This document shows positions 1 to 8,616 of a stretch of DNA of 64,000 nucleotides, in pieces (positions within the stretch are counted from its first letter, which is position 1; each line of letters begins with the position of its first letter). The DNA lies in IMG/VR virus record IMGVR_UViG_3300010354_000053, positions 40,758 through 104,757 of that record. One strand, given 5' to 3'. A model generated the notes under the pieces. It saw nothing but the letters and a program-made list of their open reading frames with translations. It was not told the origin of the DNA and did not search any database. The DNA comes from a virus. The position numbers were made by a program, and so were the translations under genes.

Positions 1-91
1 GAATATCTGGTGCCGGTCGTCGGCCATAACCGATTGCATAGCCACCGACTAAACACAAAACTGCTGCAACGATATATTTTTTTTCAAACAT
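1..91 (-). CDS. Partial ORF (runs off window edge), N-terminal membrane anchor; candidate i-spanin (Rz-like)
   Basis: Manual translation from ATG at 91: MFEKKYIVAAVLCLVGGYAIGYGRRPAPDI; start overlaps the endolysin stop; basic N-terminus followed by a hydrophobic stretch. Confidence 0.5.
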   Translation of the reverse strand, partial: MFEKKYIVAAVLCLVGGYAIGYGRRPAPDI

Positions 92-536
92 ACGGGTTCT
101 TCTTTTGTAGATCTTTCCATGTTAGATTTTGAGGATTATATTCAAAATGGGCGGTTTCTTTAAATTTCTTCCAATTACCAGCCCACCTTAGACCCTTTGA
201 TTCAAGTATAGGCTTTACAAGACTCCAAACTTTACGATAAAGCTTTTCATCCCAAATAATCGCCCCCTTTTTGTCAACAAAATGAAAATCGCCGGCTAAA
301 CGATAATTGTGCGTAGACTGACCGCCTTTTGCATTTGTAACAATTTTTCCTGGCTCGGTTCGACCTAGTGCATAAAGCTTGTCTTGATCTTCAGGCGCTC
401 TATAGCCAGAATGACACTGCATGTTTAGCCCATTAGCATATGCAGTTTCTAGCATTCGAGACATAACTTCTTGGGCGGGCGGAATCAACTCAGCTAGAAG
501 TTTTTTTGTTCTTTTGTCCATTTCCAGCATACTCAA
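84..536 (-). CDS. Endolysin, peptidase M15 (L-Ala-D-Glu peptidase, CwlK/Ply500-like)
   Basis: SGYR..EDQDKLYALGRT..GKIVTNAKGGQSTHNY..AGD and WAGNW...E.AHFE motifs. Confidence 0.92.
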   Translation of the reverse strand: MSMLEMDKRTKKLLAELIPPAQEVMSRMLETAYANGLNMQCHSGYRAPEDQDKLYALGRTEPGKIVTNAKGGQSTHNYRLAGDFHFVDKKGAIIWDEKLYRKVWSLVKPILESKGLRWAGNWKKFKETAHFEYNPQNLTWKDLQKKNPYV

Positions 537-729
537 TATCCTCTTTCTGGTTCATGCGAGGTTCTTTGTATGCTTTTTCTACACCATTCACAGCAGCCAA
601 TGCAATGGCTACAGACGCAATCGAGTTTGCAACATCCACATCATTAACAAATCCTAGAATTGCTAAAATTGTGATTGTATAAAACGCAATTGCAGTCCGC
701 CTGCAACCATTAAATGGTGTTAATAACAT
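490..729 (-). CDS. Putative holin
   Basis: 79 aa, two hydrophobic segments, charged C-tail, immediately upstream of the endolysin. Confidence 0.6.
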   Translation of the reverse strand: MLLTPFNGCRRTAIAFYTITILAILGFVNDVDVANSIASVAIALAAVNGVEKAYKEPRMNQKEDIEYAGNGQKNKKTSS

Positions 730-1226
730 TACTTATATTTCTTCTTTAATAAAGAATGAGCCTTTTTAAGAGCTTCTGCACTTCCAAACCCTTGTTTTTT
801 AACTGGTTTGTCGTTTACAGATTTTTCTTCGCCCATTCTTTCAGAATAATCACCTATCACATCAGACTCTGGAATTTCTCCGGCGACGGCGCCTTCTTTT
901 GGTTTTTTTGGCAAAGCTGGATTTTTTGTTTGCTCTGCAGATTTTTCCATATCTTCTGTTTTTGCCATTGCAGTTTGTGATGACGTTTGCACCAAGGCGG
1001 GATTAGGTTCCATGCCTGGCATTGAACCGCCGGCTGGCATAGCCTGTTTTTGTAATTCTGTAGCTTTTTCCATACGTAGTTTATTAAAAACCTGAGCACG
1101 ATCTTCAGCATCAACTTTTGGGATAACTTCATTAACTTTAGCAGGGCCTTTAATTTCTTCTACCGCTTGATCAACCGACAATCCTTTGCACATTTTGTGC
1201 ATTTTTTTAAGATGTTGAACGCTCAT
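729..1226 (-). CDS. Hypothetical protein, probable head-internal protein
   Basis: Low-complexity, several MEKA/MEKS/EEKS/LKKA motifs like those in the scaffold and capsid; start moved to the ATG at 1226. Confidence 0.45.
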   Translation of the reverse strand: MSVQHLKKMHKMCKGLSVDQAVEEIKGPAKVNEVIPKVDAEDRAQVFNKLRMEKATELQKQAMPAGGSMPGMEPNPALVQTSSQTAMAKTEDMEKSAEQTKNPALPKKPKEGAVAGEIPESDVIGDYSERMGEEKSVNDKPVKKQGFGSAEALKKAHSLLKKKYK

Positions 1227-1321
1227 TTTTTTCTCCAAAAAAACCTTGACTTTTAATGAAATTAATGCCATTGTCTTATATTAGCAAATCGCTAGTATAA
1301 ATTATACACTTGGAGTCGCCT

Positions 1322-2245
1322 ATGGCAATTGATTTAAGCAAAATGACGTTTGGCGCTGAACTAGAACTTGGCGATGTTGATACAAAAATTATTCTGCCGC
1401 TAGGTAATAGATGGTGTGATAAAGATGGATCTATTTGTAATTCCAATGGAACTGCAAACGATCCGAAAAAAGTTTTTAATCGGTATGGTGGTGAGATTCA
1501 AATGAAGCCTGAAAACTCTCCGGAAGAGTTGCTTCGAGCCACTAAAGAAATCTACGACCTTCTGCCTAAAAAACACTTTAACTTTACCACTAATTTGCAT
1601 GTTCATATTCGTATTCCCGGACTTAAGGATGACTTAGAGGCCCTAAAGAAAATTGCTGCGTATCTTCGTAAATATGACGAAGAAATTTATGAACTTATAG
1701 ACCCAAATCCATTCCCAGAACGACAACTTAAATTTTCCAATCCTGACTTTTACAACGGCGCAGTCTCGAGATGGCGTCGTCGTAATAAGTCACATAGGTA
1801 TCGGGTGACAGAAAAAGTTCATAAATTAATGATGAACGCAAAATCACCACGCGAGTTCTACGAGGCTCACGCCCCTAAAAATCGTTTTGGACAACCAATG
1901 TGGCATGTTGTGGTCAGAGCCGGTGTGAATCTCAAACAAGTATTTGAAGATACTGAAACTATTGAGTTTCGGCATTTTACAATGTCACCAGATCTAAATA
2001 AGATGTTGTCGGCATATAAGTGGCCTAGGCTTCTTATGGAAGCAATTTTTGTCACGGGGCACACACCGAAGCAGATTTTAGAAAACAATCCAGACTTGGT
2101 ATTCCAAAATTTTCATCCGTATGATCACGAACTAGATAAAATCTTTAGGCAAACCAATGTTTACCATAACAAACGTTCCGAAGTGCGGGAAAACTATAAA
2201 CGTTTAATTGAGCAGGGCCTAGTTGACGAACAGACTCTTTATTGA
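1322..2245 (+). CDS. Putative amidoligase (COOH-NH2 ligase, Amidoligase_2-like)
   Basis: TFGAELE, GGEIQMKP, NLHVHI, TIEFRHF motifs; GGAG RBS at 1312. Confidence 0.8.
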   Translation: MAIDLSKMTFGAELELGDVDTKIILPLGNRWCDKDGSICNSNGTANDPKKVFNRYGGEIQMKPENSPEELLRATKEIYDLLPKKHFNFTTNLHVHIRIPGLKDDLEALKKIAAYLRKYDEEIYELIDPNPFPERQLKFSNPDFYNGAVSRWRRRNKSHRYRVTEKVHKLMMNAKSPREFYEAHAPKNRFGQPMWHVVVRAGVNLKQVFEDTETIEFRHFTMSPDLNKMLSAYKWPRLLMEAIFVTGHTPKQILENNPDLVFQNFHPYDHELDKIFRQTNVYHNKRSEVRENYKRLIEQGLVDEQTLY

Positions 2246-2252
2246 GGATTGC

Positions 2253-2705
2253 ATGAAAGTTTTATTTATTTGTACGGGTAACAAGTTTCGTAGTCCAACT
2301 GCGGAACATATTATGAAATGCCTAGCCCCGCATTTAGAAGTTAAATCGGCTGGAACAGCGGAAGGCGCTCATAAAAACTATTTAATGGCCAAAAAAATGC
2401 GTCGTTGTTTAATTGAATTAGGTTATCCTGAGCCCGCAATACGTTCTCAGCATCTGACGGCGGAATTAATGGAGTGGGCAGATATTGTTTTATATATGGC
2501 CCCTACACATTTCAACTATATGTACAAAAATCATGTCCAATTTATACATAAATGCAGGCCGCTCTACACCGTCCTGCCAGACCTTGATTTAAAACGAATT
2601 GAAGACCCTGCTTTTATTAAAAAGCATGAAGATGTTATGGAAGTAACTAAAATTATTGAAGATTCGATTAAAAAAATACTAAACGATGAAGCAAAACTAA
2701 TTTAA
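2253..2705 (+). CDS. Low-molecular-weight protein tyrosine phosphatase/ArsC-family protein
   Basis: VLFICTGNKFRSPTAE P-loop (CX5R), SAGT, WADIVLYM, IEDP. Confidence 0.88.
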   Translation: MKVLFICTGNKFRSPTAEHIMKCLAPHLEVKSAGTAEGAHKNYLMAKKMRRCLIELGYPEPAIRSQHLTAELMEWADIVLYMAPTHFNYMYKNHVQFIHKCRPLYTVLPDLDLKRIEDPAFIKKHEDVMEVTKIIEDSIKKILNDEAKLI

Positions 2706-2935
2706 ACTTCGGAATTACCGATCTTATTCTTTTGACGAGAACCTGTTGGAATAGATGTACCCGGAAGTTTAGGAGCTTCTGGCATTTTTATTTCTGAAGT
2801 TTTAACTGTAGTTTTTTTAGAAGTAGAAGATACAGAACCGTCAAGAATTTTGTACATTCTGTCTTGTACAGTTTCTGCAGGTGTGGATTTAGTCATTTTC
2901 TTGCACAGTTCGACTATTTCTAACAGTTTGTTCAA
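2702..2935 (-). CDS. Hypothetical protein
   Basis: 77-aa ORF in the minus-strand operon. Confidence 0.5.
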   Translation of the reverse strand: MNKLLEIVELCKKMTKSTPAETVQDRMYKILDGSVSSTSKKTTVKTSEIKMPEAPKLPGTSIPTGSRQKNKIGNSEV

Positions 2936-3425
2936 GTTCGGCCTCTGTTACAATCCAAGGTGGTACGCAAACCATTTTATGCTCTATTTTACCATATTGG
3001 ATATTAGATAAAAAAGGCTTCATGAGTTCTTGTTCATCTTGATGGCGATTTTCTTTAATATAACCAATGTTATCGATATTTTTATCCAGTAATTTAGACA
3101 TACAAGCCATACAAGGCTGAACACTCACAATAAATTGGTATTTATGGATATTGATTGTTTGAATCATCTTTTCCAGAAGATCTGTCTCCGCATGGCGAAT
3201 TAAGAATTTTTTAGCAGGATTTTTATCAATATTTAACTCGGCAAGAGCTTTTGAATTTTTTTCAAAAGCAGAAATTATCTTGTTAACGCCATAAGCAATA
3301 ACAGAATTTGTGGATGTATCTACAGCAATTGCGACTACCTGAACTAGAGGATCACTACTTCGTTTTTTAAGAACGTCAAATAGGATCTCGGTACTAACTA
3401 CAGGGAAGGAGCCGTAGACAAACAT
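2889..3425 (-). CDS. dCMP deaminase-like zinc-dependent deaminase
   Basis: HAE and PCxxC (RHAETD...QPCMAC) motifs; KRSSDP..QV.A N-terminal pattern. Confidence 0.8.
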   Translation of the reverse strand: MFVYGSFPVVSTEILFDVLKKRSSDPLVQVVAIAVDTSTNSVIAYGVNKIISAFEKNSKALAELNIDKNPAKKFLIRHAETDLLEKMIQTINIHKYQFIVSVQPCMACMSKLLDKNIDNIGYIKENRHQDEQELMKPFLSNIQYGKIEHKMVCVPPWIVTEAELEQTVRNSRTVQEND

Positions 3426-4036
3426 TCTTTAATTCCTTGTTGTAGTTTTTGTACTACTTGTTCGGGTGAATCTTCAAAATCTACTTTTACGAGAGTAACA
3501 GGAGCGCGACATAAATCCAAGAAATAACCTACGCACATCTTTGCCCTATCCATAAACACTTGAACATTATTGAATGTCAAGTCAGGAAGTCTTTCTTCAA
3601 CAATACCAGCATTTTTTCTTCGCAAAGAAAGACGTTCTCTAATCTTTTCTACAGTAAAATCGTAGTGTACAACAACGACTTTAATGTCTTCTTTATGGCG
3701 ATATTCATTAACCATTTCTACCCAACGAGACGTAGACATAACGCCATCGATAATAACTGTATCTGACAGCTCGAGAGCATCAAAGAAACCTGTTCTAACT
3801 AGCGATGGTGTAGTTATGGAATCTGTGCCAGAATTTTTATTACCAACCAAAACACAATTATCATATTGAACAATACTATATTTCTGCTCAATTGTAGCTC
3901 CCCTGTTGGGCATACGTTTTTTAATAAATTTACCCATTTTAGAAATTTCTTTGCCATCTCCTTGGCAAAAAGTATTTCTGGTGGTGGTTTTGCCGGTTGC
4001 ACCTGCGCCCATTAGAAAAATTGCTACTTTAGTCAT
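3398..4036 (-). CDS. P-loop nucleotide kinase, candidate 5-hmdU DNA kinase
   Basis: Walker A GAGATGKTT at the N-terminus, GTDSI motif, VIIDG Walker B, ERLSLRR lid; two genes from the amino acid:DNA transferase. Confidence 0.72.
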   Translation of the reverse strand: MTKVAIFLMGAGATGKTTTRNTFCQGDGKEISKMGKFIKKRMPNRGATIEQKYSIVQYDNCVLVGNKNSGTDSITTPSLVRTGFFDALELSDTVIIDGVMSTSRWVEMVNEYRHKEDIKVVVVHYDFTVEKIRERLSLRRKNAGIVEERLPDLTFNNVQVFMDRAKMCVGYFLDLCRAPVTLVKVDFEDSPEQVVQKLQQGIKECLSTAPSL

Positions 4037-4403
4037 GAAAGCCCTCAATATACTCTTGATTTGTTTTATGGCATTTAAAACAAATTCTGTTTCCGTTTGG
4101 TGAAAAGAAAACATTGTTGCATTTTAAACAATTTCTATTTTTTGCAATGGCAGAACCGTGTTCTGAAAAAAACTTCTCGTCCGCTTTTCGTAGTTCTTCC
4201 ATAAGCTGTTTGTGTCGCTCTTTACGTCTATTTGACGTTCGCTCTTTATTCTTTTTTATTTTTTCTGTTAAATCAATCCAGTTTAAATTATGTTGAATAA
4301 CATAATTTTGCATGAATGATTCATGATTATCAATGGATGGTACTGGAATATTGAGAGTTTTGCAAAACATTTTTAATGTAATTTTAGTTTCATTAACAAT
4401 CAT
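4029..4403 (-). CDS. Hypothetical protein with C-terminal zinc ribbon
   Basis: CLKC...ICFKC. Confidence 0.55.
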   Translation of the reverse strand: MIVNETKITLKMFCKTLNIPVPSIDNHESFMQNYVIQHNLNWIDLTEKIKKNKERTSNRRKERHKQLMEELRKADEKFFSEHGSAIAKNRNCLKCNNVFFSPNGNRICFKCHKTNQEYIEGFHD

Positions 4404-4413
4404 TACTCTGCCC

Positions 4414-4743
4414 TTATTCTAATTCAGCACCCATGTCTACGATACCTTCTTTCTGCAACAACGAAAGGGCTAACACTCGTTTAGAATCTGCAAAATTTCT
4501 TGTTTCATTGAAGGCACTGCGAAAAGTTTGCAGAACTTCTTGAGCAGCTTTAAATTCCGAATTAGCTTCCATTTCTTTCTTTGCCTTCAAAACATGCGCA
4601 TTCTGTTCTGCAATGATCTGTTTTAGTTTATCGACGTTATAAGTTTTTAGCATTTGCAATTCATCGTAAGAATAATTCTTTACAAACGCTTTTTCAATAT
4701 CACTCAGATGGCTGTACTTATTTGACTTACTCTTCTTTCTCAT
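4414..4743 (-). CDS. Hypothetical coiled-coil protein
   Basis: 109-aa helical ORF in operon. Confidence 0.55.
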   Translation of the reverse strand: MRKKSKSNKYSHLSDIEKAFVKNYSYDELQMLKTYNVDKLKQIIAEQNAHVLKAKKEMEANSEFKAAQEVLQTFRSAFNETRNFADSKRVLALSLLQKEGIVDMGAELE

Positions 4744-5603
4744 TTAACATCCTCCACAAAAAGTAATTGTTTCGTTTTAATGTATGCAGTTTTTTCTTTT
4801 ACTGAAAAATGGTGTTGTAAAAACTTATGATCAAATTCACATTCATCTATTAAATTCCAAAATACGTTATCTGAATACAATTCTGGTTTTTTAAGAACTA
4901 AAAATTCATTAATGTCATGTCCAACTACATAACTCCCCTTGTGCAGTATTTTAGGCACTTTACACAAACAGCTTTCTACTTGACCAATCGGCGCGTTCCA
5001 AATTTTTGATAAATTCCAACCCAAAGCTTCCCATTCTGGGATTATGTCTTTAGTAAATTTTTGATTAATACCATATAGGTAACGAAGTCCAAATACTGGT
5101 CCAGTATTTTTGTTAGGATCAGAGCTTTCGATTCCTAACCCATTAATACGAAAGCTTTTATATCCAAGCGTTTGATCCATGAGTTCACAAGTTTTATAGC
5201 AGGCCCAATCACCAAAATATGGAATAGTCTTGAATAACTCTCTTCCGCTGTTAAAATCTAACTGCTCTGTTTTAAGCGTTGATTCAACTGTTAACCATCT
5301 ATCAAAAGCTTTTTCAAAATTTTCAGTTCGTCGCACTTGTGGTGTTCGACCACGTTCCATTCCAAACTTACTGATTTTTTCAAACATCTGAATGGGTGTT
5401 TTACCTTCAGCAATTCCCCGCATGAATAAAACCATGCTTTCGATAGAATAGTAATATACGTACATGAAAATTGCGGTTTCGGGGTCAAATTTTTCGTGAT
5501 TAATAATTGATTTTAGAAAAGGATAAACAGGGTCAACATCTTGTGTGCGAATTAAAGCTAAGCTAGCCTTCTCGAAATCAGAAAAGTTAAATAGATGTTG
5601 CAT
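4740..5603 (-). CDS. Amino acid:DNA transferase (aGPT-Pplase2/ADDT family)
   Basis: LIRTQDVDPVY, G.ER, FGDWACYK..E, VESCLCK, GSYVVGHDI motifs recalled for this HhH-glycosylase-like family; start uncertain (5603 or 5654). Confidence 0.8.
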   Translation of the reverse strand: MQHLFNFSDFEKASLALIRTQDVDPVYPFLKSIINHEKFDPETAIFMYVYYYSIESMVLFMRGIAEGKTPIQMFEKISKFGMERGRTPQVRRTENFEKAFDRWLTVESTLKTEQLDFNSGRELFKTIPYFGDWACYKTCELMDQTLGYKSFRINGLGIESSDPNKNTGPVFGLRYLYGINQKFTKDIIPEWEALGWNLSKIWNAPIGQVESCLCKVPKILHKGSYVVGHDINEFLVLKKPELYSDNVFWNLIDECEFDHKFLQHHFSVKEKTAYIKTKQLLFVEDVK

Positions 5604-6492
5604 ATAAATACTCTTGAACGCCGTCAGCAAGTTCTTTAATGTATGTTGGAGCATGGCGTAAGCCGTTTGCAGATTTTGGAGTTACATACATACAATTACC
5701 TTCTTGAATAAACGCATGTAAATAGTCTTCCATATAAGCTGGCCTCCAGCCTGTTTTTGGCTCTCCCGTTATTTCAATACTTACCTGGCCATTGGTTACT
5801 TTAGAAATATGCTCAATAATTTTTTGAATTTTATCTTTAATTTCTAAATCTTTTTGTTCTTTTTGATAAATAAAATGAGTACCAAGATAATAGGCATCGG
5901 TAGTGGGTTTTGGATATAGATACGCATTAATAAAACGACCTTCTTTTGCATTTAAACAAAATCTTGGATAACGATCAAATACTTCTCCGCTTGGCTTGCA
6001 CTCTACCGACCATCCCCAACGATAATCGGTAGGTTTATATTTATGAAAACCATTAGCGTGAATAATAAGGCGATTTGTTGGAGTTTTATTTATGCGAGAA
6101 GAAAAGAAAAAATCTTGGGTAAACTGCACAAACGCTTGTACATTAACATGCATTGATTGTTTGTTTAAAACTTTAATATTACCTATAGTTTGCACGTACC
6201 TGAGTTCTTTAGAATTATTATGATGCGGAATGCTTTTTTGGGTATATCCGTAAGGGACAGCTTCTGAAAAAAGAATAATTGGTCTGCGGTCTGTTTGGCT
6301 GAACGATTGTAGCCAAAGGTTATAATTAATTGCATCTAGCTCTTCACCTGATGGGTAAATACACCCAGTACTTGCCTTCCATGCACCGGGTGAATCGTCG
6401 TCTTCCCACGAAAACATAATTTTTCTACTAGTAAGCTCCCAAGCAAGAAGTGAACCAATCAATCCAAAGCCTTTAATATGTACTGTAGACAT
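5587..6492 (-). CDS. FAD-dependent oxidoreductase (DAO/glycine oxidase-like), candidate flavin-dependent lyase
   Basis: N-terminal GFGLIGSLLAWEL Rossmann motif, GAWKASTG, C-terminal GWRP and NGLRHAP. Confidence 0.8.
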   Translation of the reverse strand: MSTVHIKGFGLIGSLLAWELTSRKIMFSWEDDDSPGAWKASTGCIYPSGEELDAINYNLWLQSFSQTDRRPIILFSEAVPYGYTQKSIPHHNNSKELRYVQTIGNIKVLNKQSMHVNVQAFVQFTQDFFFSSRINKTPTNRLIIHANGFHKYKPTDYRWGWSVECKPSGEVFDRYPRFCLNAKEGRFINAYLYPKPTTDAYYLGTHFIYQKEQKDLEIKDKIQKIIEHISKVTNGQVSIEITGEPKTGWRPAYMEDYLHAFIQEGNCMYVTPKSANGLRHAPTYIKELADGVQEYLYATSI

Positions 6493-6508
6493 TTTTTAAT
6501 TCCCGATT

Positions 6509-7003
6509 TTAGTACGGACCAAATGCTCCTCCGCCTCCGCGGCGCCGCGATGGCACTGCATTCTGGCGTTGTTGTTCTTCCCACTCCCTCTGCAACTCCT
6601 CTTGTGTTGCCGTTAGTACTGGCGACGGCGTGCGTTGATTCGCCGCCGTTGTCCCGTTTCCCACAGGTTGCTGCTGTTTTGGTGTAGGAGAAGAAAGATT
6701 TTGGTTAATTCGTTGCAATACTTCCACTACAGGATTGCTAGAAATTTCTTTAAACAGAGCCGCTAGCTTTACTGCCTTTTCTTCTACTTCGGATATTGCT
6801 TTAGCCGTTTCTGGATTGTTATTTTCTAGTAATTGCTCCAGCACAATGTTTAGGCTTTTTTGAATATGCCCCCAAAGAAATTCTCCGCTAGGAAGGGTCA
6901 AAATGCCCTCTTTAAGAGCTTCATTCTCGAGAGCCGATTGAACATCGCTCAGTAATTTAATTTTTTCTTTCTTGTCCATATCATCCCTCGTAAATATCAG
7001 CAT
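6509..7003 (-). CDS. Hypothetical protein
   Basis: 164-aa ORF downstream of recA. Confidence 0.55.
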   Translation of the reverse strand: MLIFTRDDMDKKEKIKLLSDVQSALENEALKEGILTLPSGEFLWGHIQKSLNIVLEQLLENNNPETAKAISEVEEKAVKLAALFKEISSNPVVEVLQRINQNLSSPTPKQQQPVGNGTTAANQRTPSPVLTATQEELQREWEEQQRQNAVPSRRRGGGGAFGPY

Positions 7004-8069
7004 TCATAGCAATACCCATGTTTTTTGAAGTAAATACTTCTTGCTTGATTTTGGCGTATAGGTTTTCATCCATTTTGACCAAATCTACAAACTTAGACAT
7101 ATTTCCCCCCTTGATTCCAAGCTCCTCCGGGCCAAAATAAATTGTGTTTCCTGTTTCTTTTTTATAGAGAACACCGAGATTAAGAGCTAGCTCAACAAGT
7201 TCTTCGTATTGGTTAGCTAGTTCGCCACTTTCCATATTTAACCAGAATTCAGCAGCTTTGCCCTCGACAGTAAGGCGCGTTTTATTAACTTTGCAGCGAA
7301 CCTTAGAACCGACTGCAATATTCTTGCCTTGGCCGTCTTTGGATTCGGAGACCAGCTTGTCCTTCATGCCAGTTGCCTTTTCCAAAAAAATAATAGTCGA
7401 GCATAGGTGTTTTAGCCGTTGACCGCCAGTAAGCACCCATGGATAGTACTTAGCCATACGGGTATCGAGGTTTGCCATAGCATGGTTAGTAAGCACGACC
7501 AACACTTCGCACTCGTTAGCAATACGGTTTAATACGTTTAAGGCTGGATTGATGCTTTTAGAAATACCACCGTATCCATTAGCAGCACCGCTAACATCGC
7601 CTTCTTCCATTGCCCCCTGTTCGCCAAGTGCAGTAAGAGCTTTAACGGAATCAAGGACAATTGCGCAACAATCCTTGTTTTTTTTGATTTCCTCTTCTGC
7701 CTTAGCTAGAGGCTTAATAGCACCTTCAAACGTGTTTGATTGAATAACTACCAGACGGTCGAGATCAACACCTAAACTGGCTGCACGTTCGGGGTTAAAC
7801 GCATATTCTGTGTCGATAAATATGCCGTATTTAGTTGGATTCATCCGCTGTTCTTGTGCAAGCAGCTTTAGAGCCATAAGACTTTTACCCGAGCCGGGTG
7901 AACCCCACAGCATAACTAGTTCACCGACCGGAATACCACCGCCTACGGCCCAGTCAAATGAAACCGAACCGGTAGAGCGAACTTGTTTTTGTTTATTAGA
8001 AAATTCTTTGGCTACGGCTACTCGCTCCATTTTTAACATTGACGATAAATAACTTGGTAGTTTTGACAT
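6981..8069 (-). CDS. recA: RecA/UvsX-like recombinase
   Basis: STGSVSFDWAVGGGIPVG, GSPGSGKS Walker A, FIDTEYAF, IVLDSV, TGGQRLKH. Confidence 0.93.
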   Translation of the reverse strand: MSKLPSYLSSMLKMERVAVAKEFSNKQKQVRSTGSVSFDWAVGGGIPVGELVMLWGSPGSGKSLMALKLLAQEQRMNPTKYGIFIDTEYAFNPERAASLGVDLDRLVVIQSNTFEGAIKPLAKAEEEIKKNKDCCAIVLDSVKALTALGEQGAMEEGDVSGAANGYGGISKSINPALNVLNRIANECEVLVVLTNHAMANLDTRMAKYYPWVLTGGQRLKHLCSTIIFLEKATGMKDKLVSESKDGQGKNIAVGSKVRCKVNKTRLTVEGKAAEFWLNMESGELANQYEELVELALNLGVLYKKETGNTIYFGPEELGIKGGNMSKFVDLVKMDENLYAKIKQEVFTSKNMGIAMNADIYEG

Positions 8070-8077
8070 TTATTACC

Positions 8078-8548
8078 TCATGCACGGATGCTGATATTGT
8101 TAAAGTTAGTACGGCCATAAATATTTTTCTTAACATCATCTATGGAAATTGATAGCACTGAACGGACTGAAGATAAATAAGAATAAACGCTCTCCCAATA
8201 TGCTTCATCCTCTTGTGCCATTTGATATTCTGGTTGAATACAAATAAATGCCTGTTTATCTTTTTCTGTGGGTTTTTGTAGATTTTTTTCAGCCGCCCAT
8301 TCGGGGAATTTTTCAATTCGTAATACCGATTCAATTCGTTCCTTTTCAATCTTTGATTTAGACAAAGAGTATTGTGCTTTAGTCATTAGCTCAGAAATGG
8401 CAAGCAGTCCTTCACGCATTGACTGTAAAAACACAGGAGCGTCGTGTTCGCTAACTTGCACAGATTGTTTGCTCTTTGCAATAAAAGGAGCAAGTTGATT
8501 AGCGATCATGTTCATTTGATCGCGCTTAGAAACAACTTCTGATGCCAT
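8078..8548 (-). CDS. Putative recombination mediator (UvsY-like)
   Basis: Helical coiled-coil protein between SSB and RecA; AGGTGG RBS before ATG at 8548. Confidence 0.45.
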   Translation of the reverse strand: MASEVVSKRDQMNMIANQLAPFIAKSKQSVQVSEHDAPVFLQSMREGLLAISELMTKAQYSLSKSKIEKERIESVLRIEKFPEWAAEKNLQKPTEKDKQAFICIQPEYQMAQEDEAYWESVYSYLSSVRSVLSISIDDVKKNIYGRTNFNNISIRA

Positions 8549-8565
8549 ATGTCCACCTAATATAT

Positions 8566-8593
8566 AAAAAAACCGACCAAATGCATGGTCGGT
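8566..8593 (-). terminator. Rho-independent terminator after SSB gene
   Basis: ACCGACCA/TGGTCGGT stem with T-tract on the minus strand. Confidence 0.7.
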
Positions 8594-8616
8594 CAAAAAC
8601 AAATTATTGAGTACTA

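Noticed and set aside
2253-2705. Arsenate reductase (arsenic resistance) interpretation
   Set aside because: The P-loop lacks the second Cys, no clear resolving Cys pair is evident and no ars genes are nearby; a phosphatase is more plausible
1322-6492. dUMP hydroxymethylase/thymidylate synthase homolog expected for a 5hmdU pathway
   Set aside because: No ORF with thymidylate synthase motifs was found in this window; it is predicted to lie elsewhere and is not reported as a feature
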